Of a stretch of 64,000 bases of DNA, positions 19,887 through 29,715 are shown piece after piece. The position numbers and the translations under genes are program-made. The stretch comes from Candidatus Eiseniibacteriota bacterium (lineage in GTDB: Bacteria > Eisenbacteria > RBG-16-71-46 > JABDJR01), in NCBI GenBank assembly GCA_963762255.1, contig CAVXKA010000002.1, positions 864,001-928,000 of the forward strand. The letters are read 5' to 3'. The notes under the pieces were generated by a model. The model did not search any database. It saw nothing but the letters and a program-made list of their open reading frames with translations, and was not told the origin of the DNA. How positions within the stretch are numbered: position 1 is the stretch's first letter; every line of letters starts with the position of its first letter.

Positions 19887-20306
19887 GTGAAGCAGCATCA
19901 GGAGATCCTGCGTCTGGACGCGTGCGGACGCGGGCTCCACGAGATCACGTCCGACGTCGCGGCCGTCGTGAAGCGCGCTGCGGTGACGACGGGCATGTGC
20001 CACGTGTTCGTCCGACACACTTCGGCCAGCCTCGTCATCCAGGAGAACGCGGATCCCAGCGCCCGGCACGATCTCGAGCGCTGGTTCGAGCGGATCGCCC
20101 CTGACGGTGATCCCGCGCACCGTCACACCGCGGAGGGCCCGGACGACATGCCGGCGCACGTGCGGGCCGCGCTCACTTCGACATCGGAGCAGATCCCGAT
20201 CGTGGAAGGGCGGCTGGGTCTGGGAACGTGGCAGGGGCTCTATCTCTTCGAGCACCGGTTGCGCGCCAGCTCGCGCAGCGTGATCGTGCACGTGTGGGGG
20301 GAGTAG
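19887..20306 (+). CDS. yjbQ: YjbQ/UPF0047 family protein
   Basis: HTSASL, ENADP, EGPDDMPAH, LGTWQG motifs. Confidence 0.92.
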   Translation: MKQHQEILRLDACGRGLHEITSDVAAVVKRAAVTTGMCHVFVRHTSASLVIQENADPSARHDLERWFERIAPDGDPAHRHTAEGPDDMPAHVRAALTSTSEQIPIVEGRLGLGTWQGLYLFEHRLRASSRSVIVHVWGE

Positions 20307-20327
20307 CGAGCGCGCGTTCGCTGCCGG

Positions 20328-20349
20328 GGATGCTCACCCGGGTGAGCAT
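20328..20349. repeat. REP-like palindrome, copy 1
   Basis: Perfect 20-bp palindrome ATGCTCACCCGGGTGAGCAT (20330-20349) between convergent genes; an 18-mer recurs at 27159. Confidence 0.55.
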
Positions 20350-20462
20350 TGCGCCTCGCGCACCGGGTTCGCGTGTCGCGGGTCGTCCTCGCCGAAGGGG
20401 CCCCCGCTTCGCGGCCCTTCGGACTGCGGTCGACCCACGAACCCGCTACCCGGTGCGCGGGA

Positions 20463-21563
20463 TCACCGCCCCCCCAGCCGCGCCAGCGCCCATGCGGCGT
20501 GCTCGCGCACAACCGGCGACGCATCCTCCAGCGCGCGCGTCAGTGCTTCGCCTGCGCCCTCCCCACCGACATTTCCCAATGCCACGCTCGCGTTCCGTGC
20601 GAGCCCCTCACGCTTCGTACGCATGACCGACGTCCCCGCGTAGCGACGGAGGAACTCCTCGTCGGTGAGTGCGACCAACTCGGTCAACAACGGTGCGACC
20701 GCCTCGGCGCGCGGCGCGAAATCGGCTTCATGCGCCCGCCGCGCGAAGCGATTCCACGGGCAGACCTCCAGACAGTCGTCGCAGCCGAAAACGTGGTCGC
20801 CCATGAGCGGGCGCAACTCGAGAGCGATCGAGCCGCGATGCTCGATGGTGAGGTACGAGATGCACAGCCGCGCGTCGAGCCGGTACGGCGCGGTGATGGC
20901 GTGCGTGGGACAGACGTCCACGCAGCGCGTGCAGGTGCCGCAGTGGTCGGCTTCAGCGGCGTCGGGGGCGAGCTCCACATCAAGGAGAACCTCACCAAGC
21001 AGCAGCCACGATCCCCACCCGCGACTCACCAGGTTGGTGTGCTTCCCTCGCCAACCGAGACCCGCGCGCTCGGCCCAAAGTTTTTCAAGGACCGGACCGG
21101 TATCGACGTAGGATCGCATCGCCACACCGGGGAAGCTCTCCGCAAGAGCCTGCTCGAGCCGCCGCAGCTTGCCCGCGAAGACCTTGTGGTAGTCGCGGCC
21201 GCGTGCGTAGCGGGCGATACGGCCGCGGGGCGCGTCAGAAGCGACCGGGCCGGAAGCCGCCACGCTCCCAAGAACGCGTTCGTCCTCGCCCGAGCCCTCG
21301 CCCTCTCCGTCCCGCACCCCATAATTGAGCCCCACGCAGAGAACAGACCGCGCCCCCGGCAACACGCGCGCCGGATCCAGTCGCCGTTCCGGCTCCCGCG
21401 CCATGTACGCCATCGTCCCGTGCCGTCCCTCGGCAAGCCACGCGCGCACGCGCTCGCCGTCGGGCGTGCCCGCGAGCGAGTCGATCGCAGCCACCCCCAC
21501 CGCGTCGAAACCGGCTTCGAGGGCGAGCCGCTTGGCCTGTGCGCTACGTTCCGCGGGTGTCAT
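20463..21563 (-). CDS. queG: tRNA epoxyqueuosine reductase
   Basis: ARYARGRDYH, VDTGPVLE, CGTCTRCVDVCPT, CISYLTIE, GCDDCLEVCPWN motifs; HEAT-like tail. Confidence 0.95.
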   Translation of the reverse strand: MTPAERSAQAKRLALEAGFDAVGVAAIDSLAGTPDGERVRAWLAEGRHGTMAYMAREPERRLDPARVLPGARSVLCVGLNYGVRDGEGEGSGEDERVLGSVAASGPVASDAPRGRIARYARGRDYHKVFAGKLRRLEQALAESFPGVAMRSYVDTGPVLEKLWAERAGLGWRGKHTNLVSRGWGSWLLLGEVLLDVELAPDAAEADHCGTCTRCVDVCPTHAITAPYRLDARLCISYLTIEHRGSIALELRPLMGDHVFGCDDCLEVCPWNRFARRAHEADFAPRAEAVAPLLTELVALTDEEFLRRYAGTSVMRTKREGLARNASVALGNVGGEGAGEALTRALEDASPVVREHAAWALARLGGR

Positions 21564-21571
21564 CGCGCCGC

Positions 21572-21593
21572 AGTATAGCAGCGGTGTTAGACT
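21572..21593. promoter_or_regulatory. Back-to-back extended -10 elements
   Basis: TGCTATACT (minus, 21580-21572), 8 nt before the queG ATG; TGTTAGACT (plus, 21585-21593) upstream of the phosphatase. Confidence 0.5.
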
Positions 21594-21644
21594 CGCCTTC
21601 GCATCCGGGTTACGATGACATCAACCCTCTCCCGGAGACCCGAC

Positions 21645-23273
21645 ATGAACCGCTTTGTCCTCGCCGGCACCGTCGCTTCCAAACCCGTGCGCTTCGAGCT
21701 CCGACCCGGGCGCTTTACCGTCGGTCGGGCCACCGCTTGCGATCTCACCCTGCCCGACAACACCGTGTCGCGACAACACGCCGAGATCGAGCTCGAGGAC
21801 GACGTGCTCAAGGTGCAGGATCTCGGCAGCACCAACGGCACCTTCGTGAACGGCGAACAAGTCACCGGGCACGCCGTCCTTCGCGCCGGCGGACGCCTTC
21901 GCTTCGGACAGGTGACGCTCATCTTGAGCGAGCGCGAAGTCACCGACTTCGGCGTGTTCGCCACCGAGGGCACCACACCCACCCTCACGACCACCGTCCG
22001 CGAGATCCGCGCGCAAGCGGCGCAAACCGGCGCGGAGAACCTGCTCACCGCCCTCCACGAGGCGGGTCAGATGCTCAGCAAGAGCCTGGCGCTCACGGAA
22101 GTCTACGACCAGGTTCTCGAACTGCTCCCCCGATTCATCAAGTCGAGCCGCATCCTCATCCTTTCGCACGAGATGAAGCAGGGACTCCCCGAGATCCTCG
22201 CCTCGCGCCCCCAGGGTCCCAAGTCCGCCGAGCCGGTCAAGATGAGCCGCACGATGTTGCACGAGGTGCTCACCGACGGCCGCGCGTTCGTCACCGCAGA
22301 CGCCGCCACCGACGCGCGCTTCAACGCCACCGAGAGCATCATTCAGGCCGGCGTGCTTGCAGCGATGGCGGCTCCGCTCTTCGACAACGACAAGATCCTG
22401 GGCGCGGTATATGTCGACTCGCGGATCCCCGGCATCACGTACTCGGCGGAGGACCTGCGCCTCCTGACGCTTCTCGCCAACATGATCGCGGTGAAGATCA
22501 CCAACAGCCGGCTGGAGGAAGCCGAGCGCGAGGCCGAGCGAATCAAGCACGAGGTGTCGATCGCCGCTCGCATCCAGCGCAATCTGCTCCCCCGAACCAT
22601 CCCACCCATCCGGGGGTTCCAGGTGTTCACGCATCAGACCCCCTGTCATGAAGTGGGGGGCGATCTCTTCGACGTACGCGCGCTCGAGGACGGCAGAATC
22701 TGGCTCGTGCTGGGCGATATCAGCGGCAAAGGGGTGGGAGCGGCGCTCCTCATGGCCACCGTGATGGCGGGGTTGCAGGTTCTGGAGGACGAGTGCCGCG
22801 ATCCGCTAGAGCTTGTGACCCGGCTGGAGAGTTACCTGGTCCAGCACGTGGAGCCGGGGCAGTACCTGACCCTCTTCGCGGGGATCCTGGATCCCTCGCG
22901 CGGCGTCCTCCACTACGTCAACGCGGGGCACTGCCCCCCGGCGCTGCTCGCGAGCACCGGATCGCGCGTGCTGGATGCCACCGGGGTGCCGGTCGCGCTC
23001 GTGCCGGGGCTGCCCCGCAACGCAGCCGAGACCGTTCTCGATCCAGGCAGCGTCCTCCTCGTATTCAGCGACGGCATCTCCGAGACCGAATGCGACGGCC
23101 GGCAGTATGAGGAAGGGCCGATGGAGAAGTTCTTCGAGCACGTGCGAACGCAGTGCGCGAAACTCGACGCGGCCTGCGTGGGGAAACTGCTTCTCGAGGA
23201 CGTCGAGTCGTTTCGCGGGGATGCTCCGGCCGTCGACGACCTCACCCTGGTCGTACTCAGGCGCGAGGGCTAG
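21645..23273 (+). CDS. FHA-GAF-SpoIIE (PP2C/RsbU-like) phosphatase
   Basis: FHA (GR...VSRQHA...GSTNGT), GAF, then GGDLFD, GDISGKG, NAGH, SDG, DDLT. Confidence 0.92.
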   Translation: MNRFVLAGTVASKPVRFELRPGRFTVGRATACDLTLPDNTVSRQHAEIELEDDVLKVQDLGSTNGTFVNGEQVTGHAVLRAGGRLRFGQVTLILSEREVTDFGVFATEGTTPTLTTTVREIRAQAAQTGAENLLTALHEAGQMLSKSLALTEVYDQVLELLPRFIKSSRILILSHEMKQGLPEILASRPQGPKSAEPVKMSRTMLHEVLTDGRAFVTADAATDARFNATESIIQAGVLAAMAAPLFDNDKILGAVYVDSRIPGITYSAEDLRLLTLLANMIAVKITNSRLEEAEREAERIKHEVSIAARIQRNLLPRTIPPIRGFQVFTHQTPCHEVGGDLFDVRALEDGRIWLVLGDISGKGVGAALLMATVMAGLQVLEDECRDPLELVTRLESYLVQHVEPGQYLTLFAGILDPSRGVLHYVNAGHCPPALLASTGSRVLDATGVPVALVPGLPRNAAETVLDPGSVLLVFSDGISETECDGRQYEEGPMEKFFEHVRTQCAKLDAACVGKLLLEDVESFRGDAPAVDDLTLVVLRREG

Positions 23274-24580
23274 CGCACGCCGGCCCGCTCGGCGCTGGCG
23301 TTCGCTTCTTCGCTCATCGGCTCCACCGGCTCCGGCGAGCCGGGCGGATAGTGATCCGCGTCTCCCTTTACCGGGTGCGGCTTCAACTCGCGGGCGAAGA
23401 TCGGCTTGGCAAGCTGGCGTAGCGCTCCCAGCTTCAACTCGTACATCCGCCACTTCATGTCGCGCCTGGGAAGATAGCGCGCGTCGTCGGGGTTGACGAT
23501 CAGGCTCACCTCGATGTTGGGCGCCACACCGACCGGGATGCCGTTCTTCCGGCAGGAGTCCCACATGTACTCCATCACCGCGCGCATGTCGTCGTAGCCC
23601 GGCGACGGGTGGCGCTCCATCTCCGCGCCGATGGTCGGGCGGAAGATGCACACCGTCGGGAACGCCCCCACACCCGTGATGTAGTCGATGGCCTTCAGCG
23701 TGTCCTCGATGGGCTCCACCCCGGCAATGATCTCGCCCGAGACCTTCCCCTTGCCCATCTTCTTTGCGGTGTACTCGATCGCGTCGAAGAAGGTGCGCTG
23801 GCCGATCATGCGCTCCTTGCCCGGAAGCAGGTCGGCAAAGAACTTGGGGTTATGGAACTCGTAGCAGAACGAAAGGTGATCGGTCCCGCAGTCGACCAGC
23901 CAGTCGTACTTCCAGAAGTTGGGAGACGGCGTGACCTGCACGCCGGTCATCACGCCCACCTTCTCCTTCATGGCCTTCACGTACGGGGCGGCCATGTCGA
24001 GGCCTCGGTCCTTCCCCGCGTAGCCGCTGTTGAAGTGCACGAAGGTGACGCCGGACTCCGCCTTCGCCGCCTGCGCGACCTCGATCACGTCGCCGAGATC
24101 CTTCTGGGCCTCTTCGTTGACGCCCACATTCAATCCCGTCGTGCAGAACTTGCACGCGAGGTTGGGCTCGTGATACCAGAACGAACAGGAGTTGGAGATG
24201 TAGATGCCGAGGTAGGTTCCTTGCAGGACTCCCACCTTACGCATCTCGGTGCCCTTCGAGGTGTGGGCCCCGTACCACTTGGGCTCGGGAGGAATGCCGA
24301 CCTCGTATTCCGCTTCGCTGCGCTCATCGCGCACGATGTACCCGCCGCCCCGTTTGGTGAGCAGGTAGGGCGAGTCGATGACGAAGTCCTCTTCGACCGG
24401 CACGTTCATCCAGATGGTCTTGAGCTCGCCGGGGATGGTGATCTCGAGACCGCTGCCGAGCCCGGCGCGCGTGCGCGAGAGAAGCCGCGCATCCTGCTCC
24501 AGGGTGCAGGCGGGATCCAGGCGAAAGCCTTTGCAGAAGAGGTCGATCTCGAGTTCGCAGGGGTTCAGGCGGTCGGCCAT
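23270..24580 (-). CDS. Radical SAM protein with an atypical CX10CX2C motif
   Basis: CSFWYHEPNLACKFC; RTRAGLGSGL; IIAGVEP; FRP. Confidence 0.8.
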   Translation of the reverse strand: MADRLNPCELEIDLFCKGFRLDPACTLEQDARLLSRTRAGLGSGLEITIPGELKTIWMNVPVEEDFVIDSPYLLTKRGGGYIVRDERSEAEYEVGIPPEPKWYGAHTSKGTEMRKVGVLQGTYLGIYISNSCSFWYHEPNLACKFCTTGLNVGVNEEAQKDLGDVIEVAQAAKAESGVTFVHFNSGYAGKDRGLDMAAPYVKAMKEKVGVMTGVQVTPSPNFWKYDWLVDCGTDHLSFCYEFHNPKFFADLLPGKERMIGQRTFFDAIEYTAKKMGKGKVSGEIIAGVEPIEDTLKAIDYITGVGAFPTVCIFRPTIGAEMERHPSPGYDDMRAVMEYMWDSCRKNGIPVGVAPNIEVSLIVNPDDARYLPRRDMKWRMYELKLGALRQLAKPIFARELKPHPVKGDADHYPPGSPEPVEPMSEEANASAERAGVR

Positions 24581-24596
24581 GGGAGATCTCCGATGC

Positions 24597-25025
24597 TCAA
24601 TCCGGGATGGTAAAGGTGAAAGCCCGGCGCAGCCGGTGTGGCACCACGCCCGGGTCAAACCCGTGCGAGGCGAAGGCGAGCCAGCCGTCCAGATCCTCGG
24701 GGGGCGGGCTCACCGCGGGCAGCAGACAGACGCCGTAGGAAAACCTGTCGAGGCTGAACGGGATCTGGCTCCGCTTGAAGAAGAACACCGCCGCCTGCCC
24801 CTTCATCGGGCCGTCGGGAACGGCGAAGATCTTGACGATGGACCGGTTCGGGCGGCCCTCGACCGGGTGCAGCGCCGCCAGCTCGAAACCCGTGGCCTCG
24901 AGCCGGAAGCTGAACTCGTCGGGGTGCGCGGCCACCCGGTCCAGGAACGGGCCGGAGGCTGGGATTTCCGCCCGACAGCGTGAGAGGCGTTCGGCCACCG
25001 CAGGCTCTTGTGCGTTGTTGATCAT
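24597..25025 (-). CDS. Hypothetical protein
   Basis: AGGAG upstream, TACAAT further upstream, ends 16 bp before the radical SAM start. Confidence 0.65.
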   Translation of the reverse strand: MINNAQEPAVAERLSRCRAEIPASGPFLDRVAAHPDEFSFRLEATGFELAALHPVEGRPNRSIVKIFAVPDGPMKGQAAVFFFKRSQIPFSLDRFSYGVCLLPAVSPPPEDLDGWLAFASHGFDPGVVPHRLRRAFTFTIPD

Positions 25026-25189
25026 GGACTCTGGTTCTCCTGACCCGGATGATTGTATCCGAAATGCCCCGGCTGCGGGGATCGTCTCTCCATTCGGAAT
25101 CTTGATAGGCCGTTTCGACTAAACTATCCCCTTCATCCCGGGGTCGGTCGTTCCGGCTCCACCACCCCCAACTCGATGCGAGGACTCTC

Positions 25190-27094
25190 GTGAACGCGCA
25201 ACGTTTGCTGCTCCGTCTCCCCCGCCGACTCGGTCCCGCCCGTGACCTGCTCCTGTCCAGCATGGCCGCGGCGGTCCTGCTGGTCGGTGGGGCCGTGTTC
25301 CCGCCCCAGACATCGGCACAGGCGCCAGCGGTTTCCAGCCCGGCCATCTCCGCCGACAGCCTCATCTCCGGCGTCCGCTGGCTCGCCGACGACGCCCGCG
25401 AGGGGCGCATGACCGGCAGTCCCGGAGCGGACGCCGCCGCGGCCTGGATCGCGTCGCGGTTCGCCTCGGCGGGGCTCTCGCCGGCCGGCGACGACGGCAC
25501 CTTCATGCAGCGCTACGACGCCACGATCGGCGTGCGACTCGGCGAGGGAACCGCGCTCGCCTTCGACGGGATCGACGGGCTGGGTCAGTTGAAGGTGGAG
25601 CGAGATTTCGTCCCATTCGGCTTCAGCGAGAACGGCACGGTGGAGGCGCCCCTCGTCTTCGCGGGCTACGGCATCACCGCCAAGGATCTCAATTACGACG
25701 ACTACGCCGGCCTCGACGTGAAGGGGAAGGCGGTCCTGGTGCTGCGCCACGAGCCGCAGCAGAACGACACGTCGAGCGTCTTCGCCGGGACCTCGTGGAC
25801 CGATCACGCCATCTTCCGCAACAAGGCGGTGAACGCGCGCGACCACGGCGCGGTGGCTCTCATCATCTTCACGCCGCCCAAGAGTGCCGGGTACGAGGAG
25901 GACAAGCTCACGCCGCTCTCCGGCGCCGAGGGGATCGGAGGCGGAAGCCTCCCCGCCCTGCACGCGAAGAAGGAGGTCGGCGAGGCGCTGCTGCGCAAGC
26001 TCGGTGTGGACGTCGCGAAATGGGTCGAGGACGTGGATGGCGATCTGAAGCCTCGCTCGGCGGCGTTCCCCGCCGAGGTCACGGCGCGGCTGACGGTAGC
26101 GGTCGAGAAGGACCGGCGGCCCACGGCGAACGTCGTCGGTCTCCTGCGCGGCACCGATCCCTCCGCGGGCGCGGTCATCCTGGGCGCGCACTACGACCAC
26201 CTCGGGCGCGGCAACTCCAGCTCGCTCGCCCCCGACCAGCTCGGTCAGGTGCACAACGGCGCCGACGACAACGCATCGGGCACGTCGATGCTGGTGGAGT
26301 TGGCGCGCGTGTTCGCATCGGAGCCGCGCCTACGCCGCACGCTGGTCTTCGCCGCGTTCTCGGGCGAGGAGCTGGGGATTCTGGGCTCGTCGTATCTCGC
26401 CTCACACCCGCCGGTCGCACTCGACTCGGTACAGGTCATGATCAACATGGACATGGTGGGGCGGCCGCACGACAACAAGATCACCGTGGGCGGGGTGGGT
26501 TCGTCTCCTGGGTTCACCGACGAGGTGAGGCGTGCGGGCGAAGCGGTCGGGCTCGGCGTTTCGACGAGCAAGAGCGGCTACGGCGCGAGCGACCACACCG
26601 TGTTCTACGCGAAGAGCGTGCCGGTGCTCTTCTTCTTCAGCGGTCTCCATGAGGACTACCACAAGCCGAGCGACGACTGGGAAAAGATCGATCGCGAGGG
26701 AATCACCGAGGTCGCGCGTATGGTGCACACCGTAGCGCGGGATCTCGCCGAGCGCGAGGATCGCATCGCGTTCGTGAAGGTGGCGGAGGACAGCGCGGGC
26801 GCGCAGGGGCACGGCGCGGGCGGAGGATACGGAGCGTACCTCGGCACCATCCCCGACTTCGGCGACTACGAGGGCGGCGCGAAGCTATCCGGCGTGAAGG
26901 CGGGGAGCCCGGCGGACAAGGCCGGCATCCAGGGCGGCGACGTGATCGTCAACTTCGGCGGCCGGGAGGTGAAGGACCTCCACGGATACACCTATGCGCT
27001 GCGCGAGCACAAGCCGGGCGACAAGGTGACGATCGTGCTCCTGCGCGGCGAGGAGAAGATTACGGTCGAGGCGACGCTGGGGAGGCGGGAGTAG
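25190..27094 (+). CDS. M28 family aminopeptidase with PA and PDZ domains
   Basis: GAHYDH, GADDNASG, GEELG, NMDMVG, SDH, HEDYH; C-terminal YLGTIPD...GSPADKAG...GD. Confidence 0.92.
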   Translation: MNAQRLLLRLPRRLGPARDLLLSSMAAAVLLVGGAVFPPQTSAQAPAVSSPAISADSLISGVRWLADDAREGRMTGSPGADAAAAWIASRFASAGLSPAGDDGTFMQRYDATIGVRLGEGTALAFDGIDGLGQLKVERDFVPFGFSENGTVEAPLVFAGYGITAKDLNYDDYAGLDVKGKAVLVLRHEPQQNDTSSVFAGTSWTDHAIFRNKAVNARDHGAVALIIFTPPKSAGYEEDKLTPLSGAEGIGGGSLPALHAKKEVGEALLRKLGVDVAKWVEDVDGDLKPRSAAFPAEVTARLTVAVEKDRRPTANVVGLLRGTDPSAGAVILGAHYDHLGRGNSSSLAPDQLGQVHNGADDNASGTSMLVELARVFASEPRLRRTLVFAAFSGEELGILGSSYLASHPPVALDSVQVMINMDMVGRPHDNKITVGGVGSSPGFTDEVRRAGEAVGLGVSTSKSGYGASDHTVFYAKSVPVLFFFSGLHEDYHKPSDDWEKIDREGITEVARMVHTVARDLAEREDRIAFVKVAEDSAGAQGHGAGGGYGAYLGTIPDFGDYEGGAKLSGVKAGSPADKAGIQGGDVIVNFGGREVKDLHGYTYALREHKPGDKVTIVLLRGEEKITVEATLGRRE

Positions 27095-27114
27095 GGCGAG
27101 AGCGGGCCGCGGGC

Positions 27115-27180
27115 GGGGATGACGCCCGGGTGGACTTCAGCGAGTGTGGCCAAGCCACGGATGCTCACCCGGGTGATCAC
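27115..27180. repeat. REP-like palindrome, copy 2 plus a degenerate copy
   Basis: GGATGCTCACCCGGGTGA at 27159-27176 is identical to 20328-20345; related GGGGATGACGCCCGGGTGGAC at 27115-27135. Confidence 0.5.
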
Positions 27181-27329
27181 GGTCGAATCGCAAAGTCCAG
27201 CCGGCTGTACGCGCACGCGCGCGGGCGCGGGGCCCGGCGCCGCTAAGGAGCGAGTCGCGGACGCTCCAGCGGAGCGTTCGCGCGAGCGCGCCCGAGGAGG
27301 GCGCGGGGCGAGACGGCGAGAGCCGCGCA

Positions 27330-29651
27330 TCAGCGCACCTCGAACTCCACGAGGTCCCTTCCCCGCACGCCGGTGATCTCCAAGCGATGCAGACCGCGTC
27401 TCGGCATCCACAGCAGTTGTCCCTGCCCCCGGCCGTCAGGCGCGGCGGCCGCCGCAAGGTCCTCCCCGTCCAGGCGCCAGCGCGCGTCCTGCCCCACACC
27501 CACGGCACGGAACCGGATGGCTTCGCTCTCTGCAAGTTCCGGAGCCAGGTAGTAGATGCTCCTGTTCGCGGGTGACGTTATGCGCGGAGCGCCCTCCGAG
27601 GCGCCGGCCACCACCAGCCCCGCGTCCATCGCCCACGCGAGGTACTCGTCGGGCCACTCCACGACGCGGCGTTCGCGCTCGAAGCGGTGGAGCGCGCACG
27701 CCCCGCGCGCGGCCCACGCTTCGTCCGCGAACCACTCCAGCACCGTGCCTGTGCACGCGTCGCCGGGGCGCCCGCCGGAAAGCGCGCATACGGGATGCTG
27801 CCGCCAGCCGGCCGGAGGATCGGCGGACCAGGGGCGGCTCCCCACGTCGTGCACGTGGAGCATGATCTCGCGGAACACGGGCCCCGCACCGCGCACGCCG
27901 GCCGCGCCGCGCGCGGGAGTGCCGTCGAAGTTGCCGGTCCAGACCCCCACGACATGATCGCGGTCGAACCCCACGCACCACGCGTCGCGATAGCCCGTCG
28001 AGGTTCCGGTCTTCACAACGACCGGGAACGGCAGATCGATCGCGGAAGCGCTCCCGAACCCGGGCACGCGCGCGGCGTCGTCGGCGAGGATGTCCTGGAC
28101 CAGAAACGCCGAGGTCTCCTCGCACCACCGCGCGCCGCCGGCGCGGGCGAGCGGCAGCGCCCTCCCCCGCGCGTCTGCCGCCTCCAGCAGGAACGACGGC
28201 GGCCGCGTCAGACCGCCGCGCGCGAGCCCGGCGTACGCGTTGGTGAGATCGAGCAGCGTCACCTCCCCCACGCCGAGCGTCAGACCCAGCCCGTAGTGCT
28301 CCGCACCCAGAGAGAACGCGTCGAGCCCCGCAGCGCGCAGACCCTCCAGGACCCGCGACGTGCCCATCTGCTCCTGCAACCGCACCGCGGGCACGTTGAA
28401 GGAACTCGCGAGCGCAACCCGCATGCGCACCGGGCCGCGGAAGCGCCCGTCGTAATTGCGGGGCGATAGCGAGGCGCCCTCGACATCCACAGCTTCCATC
28501 GGCGTGTCCGCGAGAAGGTCCGCGGCCGAGCGCCCGCGATCGAAGGCCATCGCGTAGAGGAACGGCTTGAGCGCGGAACCCGGTTGCCGGGGGGCGAGCG
28601 CCGCGTTCACCTGGCCTTCGGCGGGGTCGGCCCAATCGGTGGAGCCGACCATCGCCAGCACCTCGCCGGATGGGATCGCCTGCACCACGACGCCGATCTG
28701 AGTGGCGCCCCCGTCCTCCGCGAGGCGCGCCTGCGCCGCGCGCACCACGGCTTCGATCTCACCCTGCAAGCGCGCGTCGAGCGTAGTGGTGAGCCGCGTC
28801 GCGCTCCGTGCGGACAGAGGGCGTTCAGCCAAGACCCAATCCGCGAAGTGCGGGGCTCGATGCGCCCCGACGGCTCGGCGCAGGTCGAGCGGCGCGTGAC
28901 GTGCGACGGCTGCTTCCTCCGCGGTCAGCGCGCCGCGACGCTCCATCGCGGTCAGAATGTGGTCACGGCGGCGCCGCAACGCCTCGGCTCCGCCCGCCGC
29001 GATGAACCGACCCGGCGCCTTGGGGAGGCCTGCCAGGGTGGCCGCCTGAGCGGGGCCAAGGCGGTCCGGAGCCACCTCGAAGTAGCTTTCGCTAGCCGCT
29101 CTAACCCCTTGAATCATGGGGCCATAGGGCGCGCGATTCAGGTACTGCTCGAGGATCTCGTCCTTGGACAGCGCCAGCTCCAATCGCACCGCCCGCACCG
29201 CCTCGCGGAGCTTTCCCGCCGGCGTGCGAGGCTCGGGCCAGAGGAGCCCGGCCAACTGCTGGGTGAGGGTCGATCCGCCTCCGGTGATCTCGCCCGCGCG
29301 CAGGTTCCGCCACGCGGCGCGCGCCACGCCCGCCGGATCCACGCCGGGGTGCGCGCGAAAGCGACGATCCTCCGCGGCCAGGGTCGCTTCAACCAGGAGC
29401 GGCGAGATCCGCGCGAGCGGGGTCCACATCGCGCGCGTCTCGGCGCCCCCCAAGGTCGTGCGCAACGGCGTCCCGTCGCGGGCGAGCACTTGCGCCGAGG
29501 CCACATCTCCGTAGTCGAGCGCGCTGCGATCGAAGGGCACTCGCGCCGCCCACACGAAGGCCCAGGCGAACGCGAGCGCGAGAGCCGCGAAGAGGGCCGC
29601 GCGCCTCGCCGGCCGTCCGCGCGTTCTCACCGACCGTCCGCGCATCCTCAC
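27330..29651 (-). CDS. pbpC: Penicillin-binding protein 1C
   Basis: EDRRF and GGSTLTQQ (transglycosylase), SALK, SFN, KTGT (transpeptidase), C-terminal ITSP Ig domain; downstream of A2M. Confidence 0.92.
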   Translation of the reverse strand: MRMRGRSVRTRGRPARRAALFAALALAFAWAFVWAARVPFDRSALDYGDVASAQVLARDGTPLRTTLGGAETRAMWTPLARISPLLVEATLAAEDRRFRAHPGVDPAGVARAAWRNLRAGEITGGGSTLTQQLAGLLWPEPRTPAGKLREAVRAVRLELALSKDEILEQYLNRAPYGPMIQGVRAASESYFEVAPDRLGPAQAATLAGLPKAPGRFIAAGGAEALRRRRDHILTAMERRGALTAEEAAVARHAPLDLRRAVGAHRAPHFADWVLAERPLSARSATRLTTTLDARLQGEIEAVVRAAQARLAEDGGATQIGVVVQAIPSGEVLAMVGSTDWADPAEGQVNAALAPRQPGSALKPFLYAMAFDRGRSAADLLADTPMEAVDVEGASLSPRNYDGRFRGPVRMRVALASSFNVPAVRLQEQMGTSRVLEGLRAAGLDAFSLGAEHYGLGLTLGVGEVTLLDLTNAYAGLARGGLTRPPSFLLEAADARGRALPLARAGGARWCEETSAFLVQDILADDAARVPGFGSASAIDLPFPVVVKTGTSTGYRDAWCVGFDRDHVVGVWTGNFDGTPARGAAGVRGAGPVFREIMLHVHDVGSRPWSADPPAGWRQHPVCALSGGRPGDACTGTVLEWFADEAWAARGACALHRFERERRVVEWPDEYLAWAMDAGLVVAGASEGAPRITSPANRSIYYLAPELAESEAIRFRAVGVGQDARWRLDGEDLAAAAAPDGRGQGQLLWMPRRGLHRLEITGVRGRDLVEFEVR

Positions 29652-29715
29652 CGCCCGCCTTCCGACTTCGCGCACCGTCCGCGCGTTCTCACCGACCGCC
29701 TTCCGCCTTCGCTTG
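29613..29715. repeat. Tandem duplication of the A2M/pbpC junction (21- and 41-bp units)
   Basis: CCGTCCGCGCGTTCTCACCGA at 29613 and 29675, variant at 29634; CCGCCTTCCG at 29655 and 29696. Confidence 0.75.
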
